Assembly (NCBI GenBank): GCA_026936335.1
Contig: JAPMXV010000045.1
Span: 62,001-126,000 of the forward strand
Length of the DNA stretch: 64,000 nt
Direction: 5' to 3'
DNA from: Mantamonas sphyraenae STR306
Taxonomy: Eukaryota; Protista; CRuMs
Shown: one piece after another, positions 25,234-38,800 of the stretch
Numbering within the stretch: position 1 is the first letter of the stretch
How the letters are laid out: each line of letters starts with the position of its first letter
Position numbers and translations under genes: made by a program
The notes under the pieces: model-generated
Seen by the model: only the letters and a program-made list of their open reading frames with translations
Database searches by the model: none
What the model was told of the DNA's origin: nothing

Positions 25234-28200
25234 CCGTCATTGCCATACCCTCAGTGCCGTTGGTGTTGCCTTTGCTCATGCGTTCGCGCTCTTCCTCTTC
25301 CAACGCCTGCAGCCTGCCCAATAGCATGTCCAGCGTCTCATGCAACAGAGCATCATGTCCACTGGGACTGCGATGGGCCACAAAGTCGACCTGCGTGTGT
25401 GTGTCCAACAACGGCGTCCAGCGAGCAGCAAAGGCCATGGCCAACAGGCCTGCCAATGCCCCACGTGTCTGTTTGTACGACACATCGATCTGATCCAACA
25501 CGCCCTCCACCAATGCCGGCCACGCCTCACGCAATCGCCAGCCCAACTTGGCCACGAGCATGCGCGTGTATGCCAGTCGCTTGGTTTGCCCAAACGAAGT
25601 GTCTGCTGCAAACGTCTCTTCCATGACGAGATCCACCAGCCATTGGCACGCCGACAGCGGCTGTTCACGCACGGCGTAGCCCAGCATCAGGGCCCATTGC
25701 GACGCATGACCAGGGGAGGCGTCACGCAAGGCACGTGCCACAACAGGACGCACCTGCTCCACAGCAGCACGGCGTTCTTCGATGGGCCATGCGTGGAGGG
25801 CACGGCACATGCCAGCCAAGACGTACGCTGCCGTCACTTGTTCCCCTCCGCCGGTGCCCTGTGTGCTGGCATCCACCTCCATCAGCGCTTGCGCTTCGGT
25901 GAGCAACTCGGGCAGCCCTGCGTCGTGACGTCCGTACAGAGCCATGAGCAGTTCCAACAAGATGGCATAGGCAGAAACAAAGGAACGGTCGCTCAGACCA
26001 CTCCAGGTGGTTTCGTACCAGTGCAATTGCAACGTGCCGAGCATCATCTTCAGCATTCCGTCGATGGTGTCCGAGAATCCTGTACGTCCGCCACCCATCA
26101 TGACTGCCATCATGCGTGCACGCAACGAGTTCCCTCCGCCGGCATCGTTGCTGGGAGGCTGGTCCTGTGCCATGTATGCCAGCATGCTGTGGATGTACTC
26201 CTGCGACGACAGCGCCTGGCGCACCGCCTCGGAACCCCACTTGCTGTCCAGTCCCGTCACAACCTGCTCCTGGCCCTCCACGGAAGCCTGCACAGGATCC
26301 GCGACGTATGCGTGCCAGCCGTCAAATGAGGTGTTGGGTGCCAAGTACGACGGCGTGTATGCCATGGCTGCGTCGCGTTGACGACGGTGTTGGATGGCCA
26401 AAATGCGCACCAGCACATGCACTGCCGCCGTGCGCAACGGAGGCAGCTCGCTTACGAGTTGTGCCATGGAGCATGCCATCACACGCTCCACCGCCTCGCG
26501 ATCCTCTTCGCTCTCACTCAGCACCAGTTCCTGCGTGATGGCCTGTGTCATCAGCGTACTTGCAATCACCTTGCTGCCCCACCCGTCCACCATCCCGTCC
26601 TTTGCCTGTGTCTCTGCCTCTTCCTTGCCCACACTGCTGCTTCCTTCGCCTGCCTCGCCACGCTCCAGCACCTCCAGCAATGCACCCAGCAGGCCACGAT
26701 GTGCCGTCACCTCTTTCTCGCGTGCGTCTGCGTGCGTCTGTTGCGCATCTTCCATGCGTGTCTGCTCCACCTGCAGTGCGGCGGGCAGCCTGGTGCGCAC
26801 CTGTTCGTACGTGGCCCACGTGGCGCCGGGAACAGCCGTCACCGCACGGCCCATGCTCATAAACACCTTGTACACCCCCTGTGTGACCTTGTCATGATCG
26901 CTGTGTTGCACACAGTGCAGCAACGCAGGCACCACGCGTCCCAACGCACGGTACTGACGCCCCGCACGCTCCATCATCGCCCCCTGGGCCAACAGCGCCA
27001 CCGCACCCAACACCTCTGCTCGGTGTGCTTCGTCGTAGGTCGTTGATTCCAGCACGTCGCACGCCGCATGCAGGTACCGCATGCGTTGGAATGGGAAGCG
27101 TGACAAGCATTGACGCAGCGCATTGCCTGCGCCACGCGATGTCTGTTCGTACCTGTTGCGCATGAGCAGCCACAAATCGTCCATGAGACGCACATGCATG
27201 CGTTGCAACGGCAACGCACGCCGCGCCATGGCCACACGTGCATCGTACACACACATTGCACGCTGCAGCGTCACCGAACGTGCGTGTGTGCTGCCCATCA
27301 ACGGCGTCTTGTACTGCCGTTTGATTTGCTTGTTCAGAAAGGCTTCGTTGCGTGTGTGCCGCGGCTGCACCGCAGAGTGGGCCACCAGCTGGCCAATCAC
27401 TTCACTTGCACGTTCCATGATCGCCGCCTCGTCCTGGTGTACGCCGTCCCCACGTGTCAGATGGTCCACCAGACCATGCAGCTGTTCCGCAATGTGGTAC
27501 CTTGTGTTGTCCTGTGCTGCCTCATGGCTCTCGCGCAGCCCTCGCGGCAACTCCAGCAGCGTCGCCTGCGGTCCGCCGTCAAACGCAACCTCTCCGCTCC
27601 ACTCGGGCAGGTACACAGCTGCGCCACGCAGCACGTTGCTGTACACCGACAACGCAGCACCAACGCCCTCCTTCAGCTCGCGAGACAGCGTGTTGCCTCC
27701 GCTGGTGTCACCCATGGCCTGTGCCAACTTGTCGTCGGCCAGAGCAAGGCTGTCTGCGATCAACTTGTCCGCCAGCTGCGCTTCTGCGTCACTCATGCGG
27801 TGCCATTGTGCCTCGGCCGTTGTGTGGTCGTATGCAGTGCCCCAGTGCATGTAATGTGTGCGTTCAAACTCGCCTCCATCTTGCCACAGTGACGGCGCAT
27901 GCGACCGCAAATCCACCATGTACTCAGCCGTAAGTGCATACAGAGTGTACCGCAGCAACTTCCCTGCCATGTGACGCACCTTGTCCTCCTTGTGTGCCAG
28001 TGTGGCCGACAGGATGCTCTGCAGCGTGTCGCTGTACTCCAGCACAGCTGCCCCAGCATACCGCACGGTCTTGGCCAGCAAGTACACACTCCAACGCAGT
28101 TTCGTGCTGGAAACCTGCGCCAACGTGTCTTCTTGTGTGCGATCCAGGATGGCTTGGCACAACGCAGGCACGGCCTTGGCCAGTGTGGCTTGCGGACGTG

Positions 28201-30222
28201 CGCGTGCGGCTCCACTCAGCAAATGGCCCGTGTTGCGACGTGCATCGTAGTTGACTTGTGTGGTGACGCTGCGCAGGACCGCATCCAGACACAGGTCGAA
28301 GCCACGTTTGCCCAGTTGCTGAAACAGCAGATGCATGGTCATCTCCGTCAACGGGCCCGTGCTGCTCACCTCCGCCGCTGTCGGTTCGTCCTGGTGCTCA
28401 AAAACGCCCAAGAGTTTGTTCACAAAGTCCACAGCCCATGCTTCCAGACTTGCACTTGCCGAGCGTGCCAGGTCGGCCACACTGTCGTCCTCCACGCTGT
28501 TGGGTCGCTCCTCGCTGGCGCAATCCACAATCGGCACCCAGCTCAGCACAACATAGTACAAACGCAGCGTGTCAAACGTTTTGCCCGGATCGTTTGTGTC
28601 GATGCCCGGCAGCGTCATTGCCAGCAGTGCACCCAGATGCGACGGCGCCAACGGCCATCCGTGCTCCTGCTTCTGGGTCGTCAGCAGCGGACGCAGTACA
28701 CGTGCCAACACCTGCATCGATGTGGTTGTGCGATGTGCCTGATCCACCATGTCGATGGCCTGGTACGTGTCCTCCACCAACGGCGGCAGGATCATCGCAG
28801 GGCGAAGGTGTGCCAGATGCTTCAACGCAGCCATGCTCCCACTCACCATCCCTCCCTGTTTCGACTGGATCCCCTGCATCAGCGCAGGCTGCATGGCCTC
28901 CACAGCCGCGTTCACGTCCTCCTCGCTCAGCGCCAACGCAGAGGCCTTTGCCTGGTCTCCTGCATCTGCTGCTGCCGCCGCCTCAGCCACGCGTTTGCTC
29001 AGCTGCCTGGCAAACCCGGCCACGCAATCGGCCAGCGGCTGCACCCACGGACCCGAATTCGATGGATAGAAGCAGGTTTGGGTCATGCGCAAAAAGTCTG
29101 CATACATACGAAGCGCCAGATTGTCCTGTGGGTTCTGTGCGTACACCAGAAACTTGCCCACGCAGCGCAGACTGGTGGCCATGGCATGCACAAAGGAACC
29201 CACACCCATGGGTGCCCCACGGTTGGATGTGCCACCCGAGGCGTTTTCCACGCCACAAAGGCGCACCACGTGGCCCATGATGCGAGGCAGGTACGGCGCC
29301 CAATCGATGCGACCCAGCTGGTGTTTAGCCAGGCGAGCCAACAGGTGCATCCACATAAGATCCCACTCGTTGCAATTCTCCACATAGTCCCACAGGTGCA
29401 TCACCTTGTCCAACCATACCTTCCACTCGTCGTGGTCAACGCGTGTGGGCAACAGCGTCACAAGCAGCGCCTGGCCCACAAACACTGCCTCACTTCCAGG
29501 TTGCATCATACCCATCACCTCGTCCACAATCCCCTGTGTGGCATCGTCTCCAAAGAACCGCCTCAGCTTTCGCAGCATGCCCACCAAGGCGCCCAGGTTC
29601 GGGCGCCCGTCCACTTGTCCGCTTGTCCTCTGTGCAGGCGTGTAGTCCACCGCATGCATCACCGCCGCCAGGTGAGCTCTCCAATCAGGCACACGCCAGT
29701 GTTCCCGCAGGTCCTTTGGCTTGCGCACCACTTTGGCCAGCTGTGCACAGAGTCGTCCGTGCAGATCCGACGGAAGCGGCTCGCGCAACACAAGCTGTTC
29801 CAGCACCTGCGCCAGCTCCACCCGCTTTTCCAACGGAATGGTGAATTTCGCAGCCAGGAAGCTGTGTCAAAATCGGATGCACATCCACACGTATCGTCGT
29901 GTCAGCTCTCCTCCCCTGATGTTCACCGTGGGAAGCCGGAATCGCCCGTGATTCCGTTTACGACGCGGCTGCCACGCGGTTGTTTTTTGTGGCAACCCTC
30001 CATTCGCCGTGCGTCACAAAGTGCCGCTCCAACACCACACATGTCATCCACCCACCTGTTCAATTGCGCCGAAACATGTCGCAGCGACACATCCTCCGTC
30101 TGCGCCGCCAGCTTCAGCTGCTCCAGAAGATGATCCAGCAGCAGGTCTCGCTCCTCCTCCGCACGCTCCGCCACCGCCTCTGGCAGCACAGCCTCGTACT
30201 TGATCGCCCTCGATGTGCTCAT
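24269..30222 (-). CDS. PSME4: Proteasome activator PA200/Blm10
   Basis: HEAT-rich ~1920 aa. [45 protein letters not shown], C-terminal SPSYYV (YYX motif). Intron 29862-30055. Confidence 0.95.
29917..30038 (-). ncRNA. Candidate intron-encoded box H/ACA snoRNA
   Basis: Hairpin (GUGGUG/UGCCAC), A-rich H box (ANANNA), second hairpin (ACCG..UGG/CCACGGU, upper stem CGGAAUC/GAUUCCG), then ACA 14 nt below the upper stem. Confidence 0.55.
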
Positions 30223-30483
30223 GGTTGGGTCTGGAGGGGGGTTTCCTCAACGGTTGGTTGTTGTTGTTGTGGTGTGGGAAAACGTCGTCTCAGGAAGAAA
30301 TCAGTGCACACAAATTGCCTTGGAAAATCACAAGGGAATGCTTTTGTGTGTGTGGTTGTGTGTGTTTGGTCGCGCGTTTGTTGCGTGTGTGTTGCGTGTG
30401 TGTGTCGCGTGTGGCTACGGCAGCGAGAACACGTTCTGTAGGGGTTTTCCTGGTGGCGACTGCGCTGCCGAGTGCACATCATC

Positions 30484-32820
30484 ATGGCACTTGCGATCGG
30501 CAACACGCTCACCTACATTGAGTTGGTGCTGACATTTGTGCAGTATGTGGCTCTGCTGAGTCACATTGGTGTGTCGTGGCCGCCCAACTGGGTGATCACG
30601 ACGAACTGGACCAACATCTTTGCCATCTCGCTCAACATCAACCTGCCCAACCTGCCCGAGTTTGACTTCCGTTCCCACCTGGCCATGGTCAGCGTCATTG
30701 TGCCCCTGGGCATTGCCATCGTCGTCCTCGTCTCCTTCAAGAGCAAAAGCGTCATCGTGTGGTTCTTCTTTTCCCTCCTGTCCCTGGCCTTTCTTTTCGT
30801 CGGCATTGCCCTCAAGGTCATGAACCACAACGTCGTGCAGGCAGTCAATGCGCCCCCAGCCGACACGGCCATCCTCATCGGTGGCGTTGGCCTGTTCATC
30901 AGCCTGCTGGCCTACGGCATTCACCGAACATGCTTTTCCAACCAAGACATCGACCTCCTCGCCGACCCGGAGGCCATCACTGAACGTGAATACGTCGACT
31001 CCATGAATGGCAGCCGTGTGTTGCGCACTCTCATGCTCATTCTGACCACATCCACTGCGGGTCTGGCCTTTGTGGGCGTGTTCAAGGACGAGGCAGCGCA
31101 TCTTGGCGCCACCACACCCACCGGCCGAATGATGCAAGACCTGGGTTATCTCATCCTCGCTGTCAGTGGCTGCCTTGCAGTCTACCTCCTGCTCTACCTT
31201 TCGCGCCGTGGACGTCAATGGTTGTGGAACCTGACAACGTTGATTGGGAACAACGTCGTGCGTGTGCTCATCCTGGCCCTGACCATTCTCTACATTCCCG
31301 TGGCCAACACACTCATCAATGCTGTCCTCTGCGACGAACGCACGTGTCCCGTGGGCACCCAGTTTGTGGACAAGAACAGCATCTTTGACCGTTCCGTCGC
31401 CTTCCATGTCGAACCCAGCGACGTGTGTGTCTCATGTGCCTCGTACGATGGAGCCAGCTCTGCAGCCATGGTGGCTGCCGTGTGCCCGGCCTCCAGGGAT
31501 GTTCGTCTGCGTGCAGACCCTGCATTTAGCTGTGCAGACATTGCACCCTACTTTGAACCCGTGGCTGTGCTCACAGGCATCTCGTACATCATTGGTGTGC
31601 CCGTGTTCTATGCCCTGTTGATCCGCAAGCACAAGAACTTGCTGGAGATCGAAATGGAGTACGAGGGGGTCGAACGCGACGAGGTTGCGTGGGAGGCCAT
31701 CGTGGAGTCCACCCACAACGTGGCCAAGAACCTGTATGCCCCCTATGAGCAGGAGTGGGCCTATTGGAAGGTGCTCATCATTCTTCAAAAGGTCCTCGTG
31801 GTGGCTTCCGTACGATTCCTCTCCCACGAGCCTCGCTGGACGGCCATTGCAATTACCATCATCCATCTGGCCATCCTGGGCATCAGCATCCACGCCGCGC
31901 CCTATATCAAGCTGACCCAGGACTTTCTGTCAGTGGGCACGGCTGTGATGAATGTGCTCAACGCCGTGTTTGCCATCTCGCTGGCCTTCCAGGTCCTCGC
32001 TCCCGACTGGTCCGTGTCCACGCTGCTCACCCTCAACGTGGCTGTGCCCCTTCTGGCCACCATTGGTGGGCTTGTTCAGTCCTCGCGCAACGCTGCTGCT
32101 GGTGGTGGGGCCACCCCAGCTGGCAACAGCGCCGCGTATTTGCTGCGCAAAAAGACGGATGCCCAGACTCCCGAGGAGCTGCAATCGCTGAAGAACACCA
32201 AGGATGAGGAGGCAGACGACGGTGCGGATGGATCCACACGGGACAGGGATAAGGACAAGGACAAGGATGACCAGGTGTTTTCCGACGCCTCCATGGCCAC
32301 CCTGGACAAGAGCATCAACACACACACACGCACCACCGCCACACGCTACTTTATGGTTCTTGGCGTGTTTGCCTTCCTGTGCCTTGCCTTTGCGCTGGTG
32401 GGCATCCTGGCCTCGCAGGTTGATTCCAAGGTGGTTTATCACACCATGGACGCCCAAATGATCCAGCCCGATCTGAAAAAGACAGAAGTGACGGAAGCAC
32501 AGATCCGCACCTTTGAGTTTGTTGGCTATTCTCACTGGCAACAGTTCACAAACAGCTGCGTGTGTTCCGAGGGACCAGCGTGGGAACAGGAACGCGTGGA
32601 ACTGTGGCGCTGCCTGAATGGCTTCAGCAAGCAGCGACTGCGTCAACGACACTTTCCCCACAATGGCACCACAATCAACGGATTCCAGCTGCGTGGCTTC
32701 TGCGAGCACCAGTTCAAGGCTGGCATCCCTCCGCCTGTGTACATCAAGCCCAAGTGGATGTTTGAAGTGAGCACAGACAACCCCAAGATCACAAAGTATC
32801 AAAAAGAACACCTGTGGTGA
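30484..32820 (+). CDS. Multi-pass membrane protein with TRP-like C-terminal TM module, no large N-terminal ectodomain
   Basis: Intronless 778-aa ORF with many hydrophobic helices. FVQYVALL..SWP, LTILYIPV, RLRADPAFSC, YIIGVP, LYAPYE..YWKVLIILQK shared with neighbours. Confidence 0.8.
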   Translation: MALAIGNTLTYIELVLTFVQYVALLSHIGVSWPPNWVITTNWTNIFAISLNINLPNLPEFDFRSHLAMVSVIVPLGIAIVVLVSFKSKSVIVWFFFSLLSLAFLFVGIALKVMNHNVVQAVNAPPADTAILIGGVGLFISLLAYGIHRTCFSNQDIDLLADPEAITEREYVDSMNGSRVLRTLMLILTTSTAGLAFVGVFKDEAAHLGATTPTGRMMQDLGYLILAVSGCLAVYLLLYLSRRGRQWLWNLTTLIGNNVVRVLILALTILYIPVANTLINAVLCDERTCPVGTQFVDKNSIFDRSVAFHVEPSDVCVSCASYDGASSAAMVAAVCPASRDVRLRADPAFSCADIAPYFEPVAVLTGISYIIGVPVFYALLIRKHKNLLEIEMEYEGVERDEVAWEAIVESTHNVAKNLYAPYEQEWAYWKVLIILQKVLVVASVRFLSHEPRWTAIAITIIHLAILGISIHAAPYIKLTQDFLSVGTAVMNVLNAVFAISLAFQVLAPDWSVSTLLTLNVAVPLLATIGGLVQSSRNAAAGGGATPAGNSAAYLLRKKTDAQTPEELQSLKNTKDEEADDGADGSTRDRDKDKDKDDQVFSDASMATLDKSINTHTRTTATRYFMVLGVFAFLCLAFALVGILASQVDSKVVYHTMDAQMIQPDLKKTEVTEAQIRTFEFVGYSHWQQFTNSCVCSEGPAWEQERVELWRCLNGFSKQRLRQRHFPHNGTTINGFQLRGFCEHQFKAGIPPPVYIKPKWMFEVSTDNPKITKYQKEHLW

Positions 32821-32883
32821 AGGATGGATGAGATGATGGAGCACCTGCTGGACAAGGACAATCGCCAAGAAGACGACGACTGA
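32819..32883 (+). pseudogene. Orphan 3'-tail fragment of the beta-helix receptor gene (RMDEMMEHLLDKDNRQEDDD*)
   Basis: Near-identical to 37649-37711. Confidence 0.85.
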
Positions 32884-35800
32884 CTTTTTCTATGACCATC
32901 GCATCCTTGCCACAGAAAATACACAACAGGAGACCCTTTTCGGTTTCCTCCCCCTGGGTTGTCGCTGCCTCAGTTGCATTGCTGTCCGTGCTGCTGCAGG
33001 TGGACTTTGCACACGCGGCGGAAAGTGCGTGAATTTTCCAATGCGCTTTGCAACACCCTTCTGCACTGCACTGACACACACACACACACACGATAAATGG
33101 CACCTGCACTCACGCCGTCTGCACACAGTCTACGTCGACTCATCGTACACGGGGGTGGTGTCCAATGGCTCTGCAGTGGCTCCGTTCAAAACGGTGGTGA
33201 CGGCGGTGAGCGCGGCAAGTTCGGGCGACACGCTTTTGCTCGCACAGGGCCTGTACAAAGGTTTCCCCACGGACGGTATATCTCCGGGGGGCAAGCATCT
33301 GACCTTGAAGGCGGTAGGGACTACAGCAGTACTGGACTGTGAGGTGGTGTCTGGTTGCAGGCACTGGAAGCTGGAGCAGGGAGATCACCTGGTGTTGGTC
33401 AACATCTCACTGTACAGAGGCAACCACGGATCTGTGAGTGATGCGACACTGCCCAACACACACGCATACCAAGGAGGCAGTGTGCATCTGTCGGGCAATG
33501 CCACGCTGGACATGACGGGCGGGGACATTTGGACAAACTTTGCGACGTACGGGGCTGTGTTCCATGCGGAGGGGACATCGCGGGTGTCTGTGCGAGGGTG
33601 TGATGTGATGAGCAACGTGGCGAGAGTGGGAGGGTTCATACAATTGGCAGACGAGGCAGAGGCAGTGATGGAGGACAACGGGTACTCGGGGCAGAGTGGG
33701 GCGTATGCAGATGGTGGGGTGCTGTACACGGGCACATGCAGAGCGTGCAAGTACACAAGTGTGCGAGAGAGGTTCAAAGGAGTGCAGGGGGCACGTGCGG
33801 GACTATGGTGGGTGCAGCGTACGCAGGTTGTTGTGCGTGAGGTGACAGTGATCTCAGGGGTGGCGAGGTCGATTGCAGCGGTGGCAATGGTGAGTGTGTC
33901 TGGTGAGTTGGAGATGGTGGACAGTAGAGTGGGTGGGCTGCAGGTGCCTGCACCGGGTGTGCAGATGGTGTTTGCAGACGCGAACGGGACGGTGAGTGTG
34001 CGCAACACGACACTGGCAAACATTGCACCGAATGCAGGGTGTGCAATGGCGGTGTCTGGAGAAGCGCAGATGAATCTGACAGGAGTGGAGTGGACTGGGA
34101 ACACGAGGGGCATCTGCGTGCAGGGTGACGCACGACTGCACGTGAGTGGATGTCATTGGCATCACAACGCCGGTCCTTCTTCGCTTGGACTGATGGCTGA
34201 TGGAATCGGTGGAAATTCCTACGTCGAGGTTGAGGGGTCGCTTGTGGAGGACAACTACGCAGGGGCAGGTGGCATATTCCTTGGATACAGCGGGCACCTG
34301 GTGCTCCGCAATTCCCGGTTCCTGAGAAACCAAGCCGCCCTGAACAGTGCGGTGGTGTCGATTTCCTCCACGAGCACCACTGTGATCGAGGCACACAATT
34401 GCACGTTTGCGGACAACATCTGCCCGTATGCGTGCGCAATCTCATCGAAAGGACCCCTCACGGTGCGTGACAGCCACTTTATGCGCAACAAGGCAAGCAC
34501 AGGAAGTCAAGGCGGGGCAGTGTTGACCTTGGGTGCCGTGGACATTGCACGGTCTGTGTTCGAGGGGAACTTTGCAGACCTTGGCGGCGGTGCATTGTAC
34601 GCCAATGGTCCACAGGATGCCAAGGTAATGGACAGTCAGTTCATTGGCAACAAGGCAGCCAAGACCGGAGGTGCGCTCTTTGGGAACATCAACGGAAAGC
34701 TGCAGGTTGGAGGATGTTTGTTCAAAGACAACTACGCAACGTTTGGTGGTGGTGCAGCTTCGATCGCTTCGACCAGAGTGTTTACCACGTTTGCGAGCAC
34801 GAAGTTTGTGAACAATCGGGCTGACGGTGGACCTGGGGGTGCCATCCTTATCACCTCGGTCCCATTCGTCGCCCTCAACTGCACTTTTGAGGACAACCGC
34901 GCATTCTACGGTGGTGGGGCACTGCACACTGACTTCTCTCGCGTGCGAGTCATCAACAGTACCTTTGTGCGCAATTCTGCGGAGGGTGCTCTGAGCAAGA
35001 CCAGCGGTGATCCACAGGGGATCGGGGCTGCGATGCAAATCCAGCAAAGCCAGACTGTTGACGAGAAAGCTTGGTGCTCATGGCTCCAAGGGAACCGATA
35101 CGAAGGCAACAGGGCCGTGGCCGGGGGTGCAGTGGCTGTCTTTGGATACCGATCTCTGTGCGTGCTTCTCATCCAGGGCGAGACCTACGTCAACAACTCT
35201 GCTTCAGACAAAGGCGGTGCACTGCTCGGCATGCACGCTGACATCCAAATATACGGGACAGTCATGCGTGCCAACAACGCACCCAACGGCGGTGCGTTGT
35301 ATGCCATGGAACAGGATGTGTCACAACACAGAGTGCATCTTGAGGATGTGGTGATGGATGGCAACACGGCCACTCGGGGTGCTGGGATCTTTGTGACCCA
35401 ACACGTGGGGCTGGTCATGGAACGAGGCAAGCTGACAGACAACCAGGCTCAGGATGGCGGTGGCCTGTATGTGGATGCAGGGACCAACGCAACGTTGCAG
35501 TCAGTTGCAGTGGAGGGCAACCGGGCCACCACGTACGGTGGGGGAGTGTACGTGCATGGACAGAGTATGCATGTGGTGTTGAATGGCAGCCAGTTTGTGG
35601 GCAATGAGGCAGGGGTGGCAGGCGGAGGCGTGTACGATGCACAGCCAGCGGCAGGAGTGGGCCACAACGCGACCATGTCCACGACGATGCCGATGACGAT
35701 GACGATGACAGGAAGTGTCTTTCACAAGAACAAGGCAAAGGGCGGAGCGTGTGTGTTTGCTCCGTATGCGCTCGGCAGTCTGCGATCAAGAGAAGGAGGG

Positions 35801-38800
35801 AACGTGTTTGGCGCAGACAATGAGGCAACGTATGGTGTGAGTGAGGGCGGCCTGCCGACACAGATCGAGGTGACATCAGTGGTGACAGCACGGTCGGGAG
35901 AGGAAGTGCGTGTGGAGGCACGACTGCGAGACGCATTGGGACAGCTGGTGGTGTGGACGGAAAAGACGATGCTGCTGCGTGTGGGAGGAGAGGACGAGTT
36001 GGAACTTTCAGGGACGTCTGTGGCAGTGCCTGTGCAGGGAGTGGCTGTGTTTGAGCAGATTGTGGCTGGTGACAAAGGCAGACATGTGTATGTGGTGAAT
36101 GCCAGCGAGACGTGGGCGATGGAGGGCGGACGTGGAGAGGTGCACATTGTGGAGTGTGGCCCTGGTCAACAACTGGTGAAGCGACAGTTTGACTCGGCTG
36201 TGTGTGAAGGATGTCCGAAGCAGCAGTATGTGGTGGGCATTGGGAATCGATGTCAGCCGTGTGAGGCAAACGGACGGTGTGTGAGTGGACGGATCGAGTC
36301 GATGCCAGGATTCTGGGCGTTTGAGGTGGGGAACAAAGCAGTGGTGGCAGCGTGTGGAGGTACAGGTGGGGCGTGTCTGGGCAACAACACATGCAGTGCC
36401 AACCACGAGGGACGACTGTGTGGCCAATGCGTGGCTGGGACGTCGATGGTGCGTGGGGAGTGTCGTGAGTGCAAGGGAGTCAATGTGTGGGCGATTGTGG
36501 TGGCAGGGGTGCTGGGACTGTTGTATGTGCTGTATGTGGTGTGGCTGCAGAAGCCTGCGAGCGCGACCATGGTGATTGTGACGATGTTTGGACAAGTGGC
36601 AGGATTGCTGTTCAGCACGGGTGGGCTTCATGGACACAGCGGTGGAAGTGGGAGTGGCTCAGGATCAGGATCTGCGAGTGTGGGATCGTTGCTGCTGTTG
36701 AAGCTGGATGGATTGGCTGGGGTGTGCATTGCGCCACTGGACTACTTTGGACGGTGGCAGGTGAATGTGGCGACATATGGAGTGTTGCTGGGACTGCTGG
36801 GGCCTGTGTGGGTGATGGAGTGGTGGAGTGGACGGTGGGCAGGTTGTGGTGCGCTACTGGAGACCAAGGTGATGCGGAAACTGCGTGGCATGGCACGGAA
36901 GAGCGATGCGAGGACTCGATATGCGACGGCAGCGATCAATGTGTTCAAAGCGGTGTACATGCCGCTGGCAAACCTGTTGCTTGTGACACTGCGGTGCCGC
37001 GAGGTGTATGCAGGGTCGGGGGAGCTTGTACTGAGTGCGGATGTGGCTGTGGCGTGTTCGGGGCCTGTGTGGACGCAGTACCAGTTGATATCGATTGTGT
37101 TGTTGGGGGTGGTGATTGTGCCGACTCCGCTGTTGATTGGGTTCTTTGTGCATCGGTACAGAGACCACGGGAAGCATGGGGCAGCGTTGAGTGTGTTTAC
37201 GGGCCTGTACCGTAAGCGGATGTACTTCTGGGAGAGTGTGGTGATGGCAAGGCGTCTGGCGGTGGCTGCGTCGTTTGCGTTGCTGGACGGGTACACAGCG
37301 TTGGTGGTTGTGAATGGAGTGTTGCTGGTGTCGCTGGTGGGACAGATTCTGCTGGAGCCATTCACGAAGGAGGCAGCAAACCGGTTGGAAGGATTCTCGT
37401 TGGCATTGAGTGTGATGGTTGCGACGATGCTTGGATCGACGGCGTGGAGCGAAGCCAGGGTGGATGGGTTGGGACGGGAAGCGGTTGTGGTGAGTGTGTA
37501 TGGGCTGTTTGGGGTGGGGGTTGCTGTGTCGCAGCGGGAGGTGTTGAGGCGAATGTGGAAGAAGATGCAGGAGATGAGTGTGCGCAAGTCTGTGCAGGGG
37601 ATCGACCTTGGGGATGTGGCAGTGGATGACGATGAGGAGGGGTATGGGAGGATGGATGAGATGATGGTGCACCTGCTGGACAAGGACAATCGCCAAGAAG
37701 ACGACGGCTGACTCTTTCGATGACCATCGCATCCTTGCCACAGAAAATACACAACAGGAGACCCTTTTCGGTTTCGTCCCCCTGGGTTGTCGCTGCCTCA
37801 GTTGCATTGCTGTCCGTGCTGCTGCAGGTGGACTTTGCACACGCGGCGGAAAGTGCGTGAATTTTCCAATGCGCTTTGCAACACCCTTCTGCACTGCACT
37901 GACACACACACACACACACGATAAATGGCACCTGCACTCACGCCGTCTGCACACAGTCTACGTCGACTCATCGTACACGGGGGTGGTGTCCAATGGCTCA
38001 GCAGTGGCTCCGTTCAAAACGGTGGTGACGGCGGTGAGCGCGGCAAGTTCGGGCGACACGCTTTTGCTCGCACAGGGCCTGTACAAAGGTTTCCCCACGG
38101 ACGGTATATCTCCGGGGGGCAAGTACCTGACCTTGAAGGCGGTAGGGACTACAGCAGTACTGGACTGTGAGGTGGTGTCTGGTTGCAGGCACTGGAAGCT
38201 GGAGCAGGGAGATCACCTGGTGTTGGTCAACATCTCGCTATACAGAGGCAACCACGGATCTGTGAGTGATGCGACACTGCCCAACACACACGCATACCAA
38301 GGAGGCAGTGTGCACCTGTCGGGCAATGCCACGCTGGACATGACGGGCGGGGACATTTGGACAAACTTTGCGACGTACGGGGCTGTGTTCCATGCGGAGG
38401 GGACATCGCGGGTGTCTGTGCGAGGGTGTGATGTGATGAGCAACGTGGCGAGAGTGGGAGGGTTCATACAATTGGCAGACGAGGCAGAGGCAGTGATGGA
38501 GGACAACGGGTACTCGGGGCAGAGTGGGGCGTATGCAGATGGTGGGGTGCTGTACACGGGCACATGCAGAGCGTGCAAGTACACAAGTGTGCGAGAGAGG
38601 TTCAAAGGAGTGCAGGGGGCACGTGCGGGACTATGGTGGGTGCAGCGTACGCAGGTTGTTGTGCGTGAGGTGACAGTGATCTCAGGGGTGGCGAGGTCGA
38701 TTGCAGCGGTGGCAATGGTGAGTGTGTCTGGTGAGTTGGAGATGGTGGACAGTAGAGTGGGTGGGCTGCAGGTGCCTGCACCGGGTGTGCAGATGGTGTT

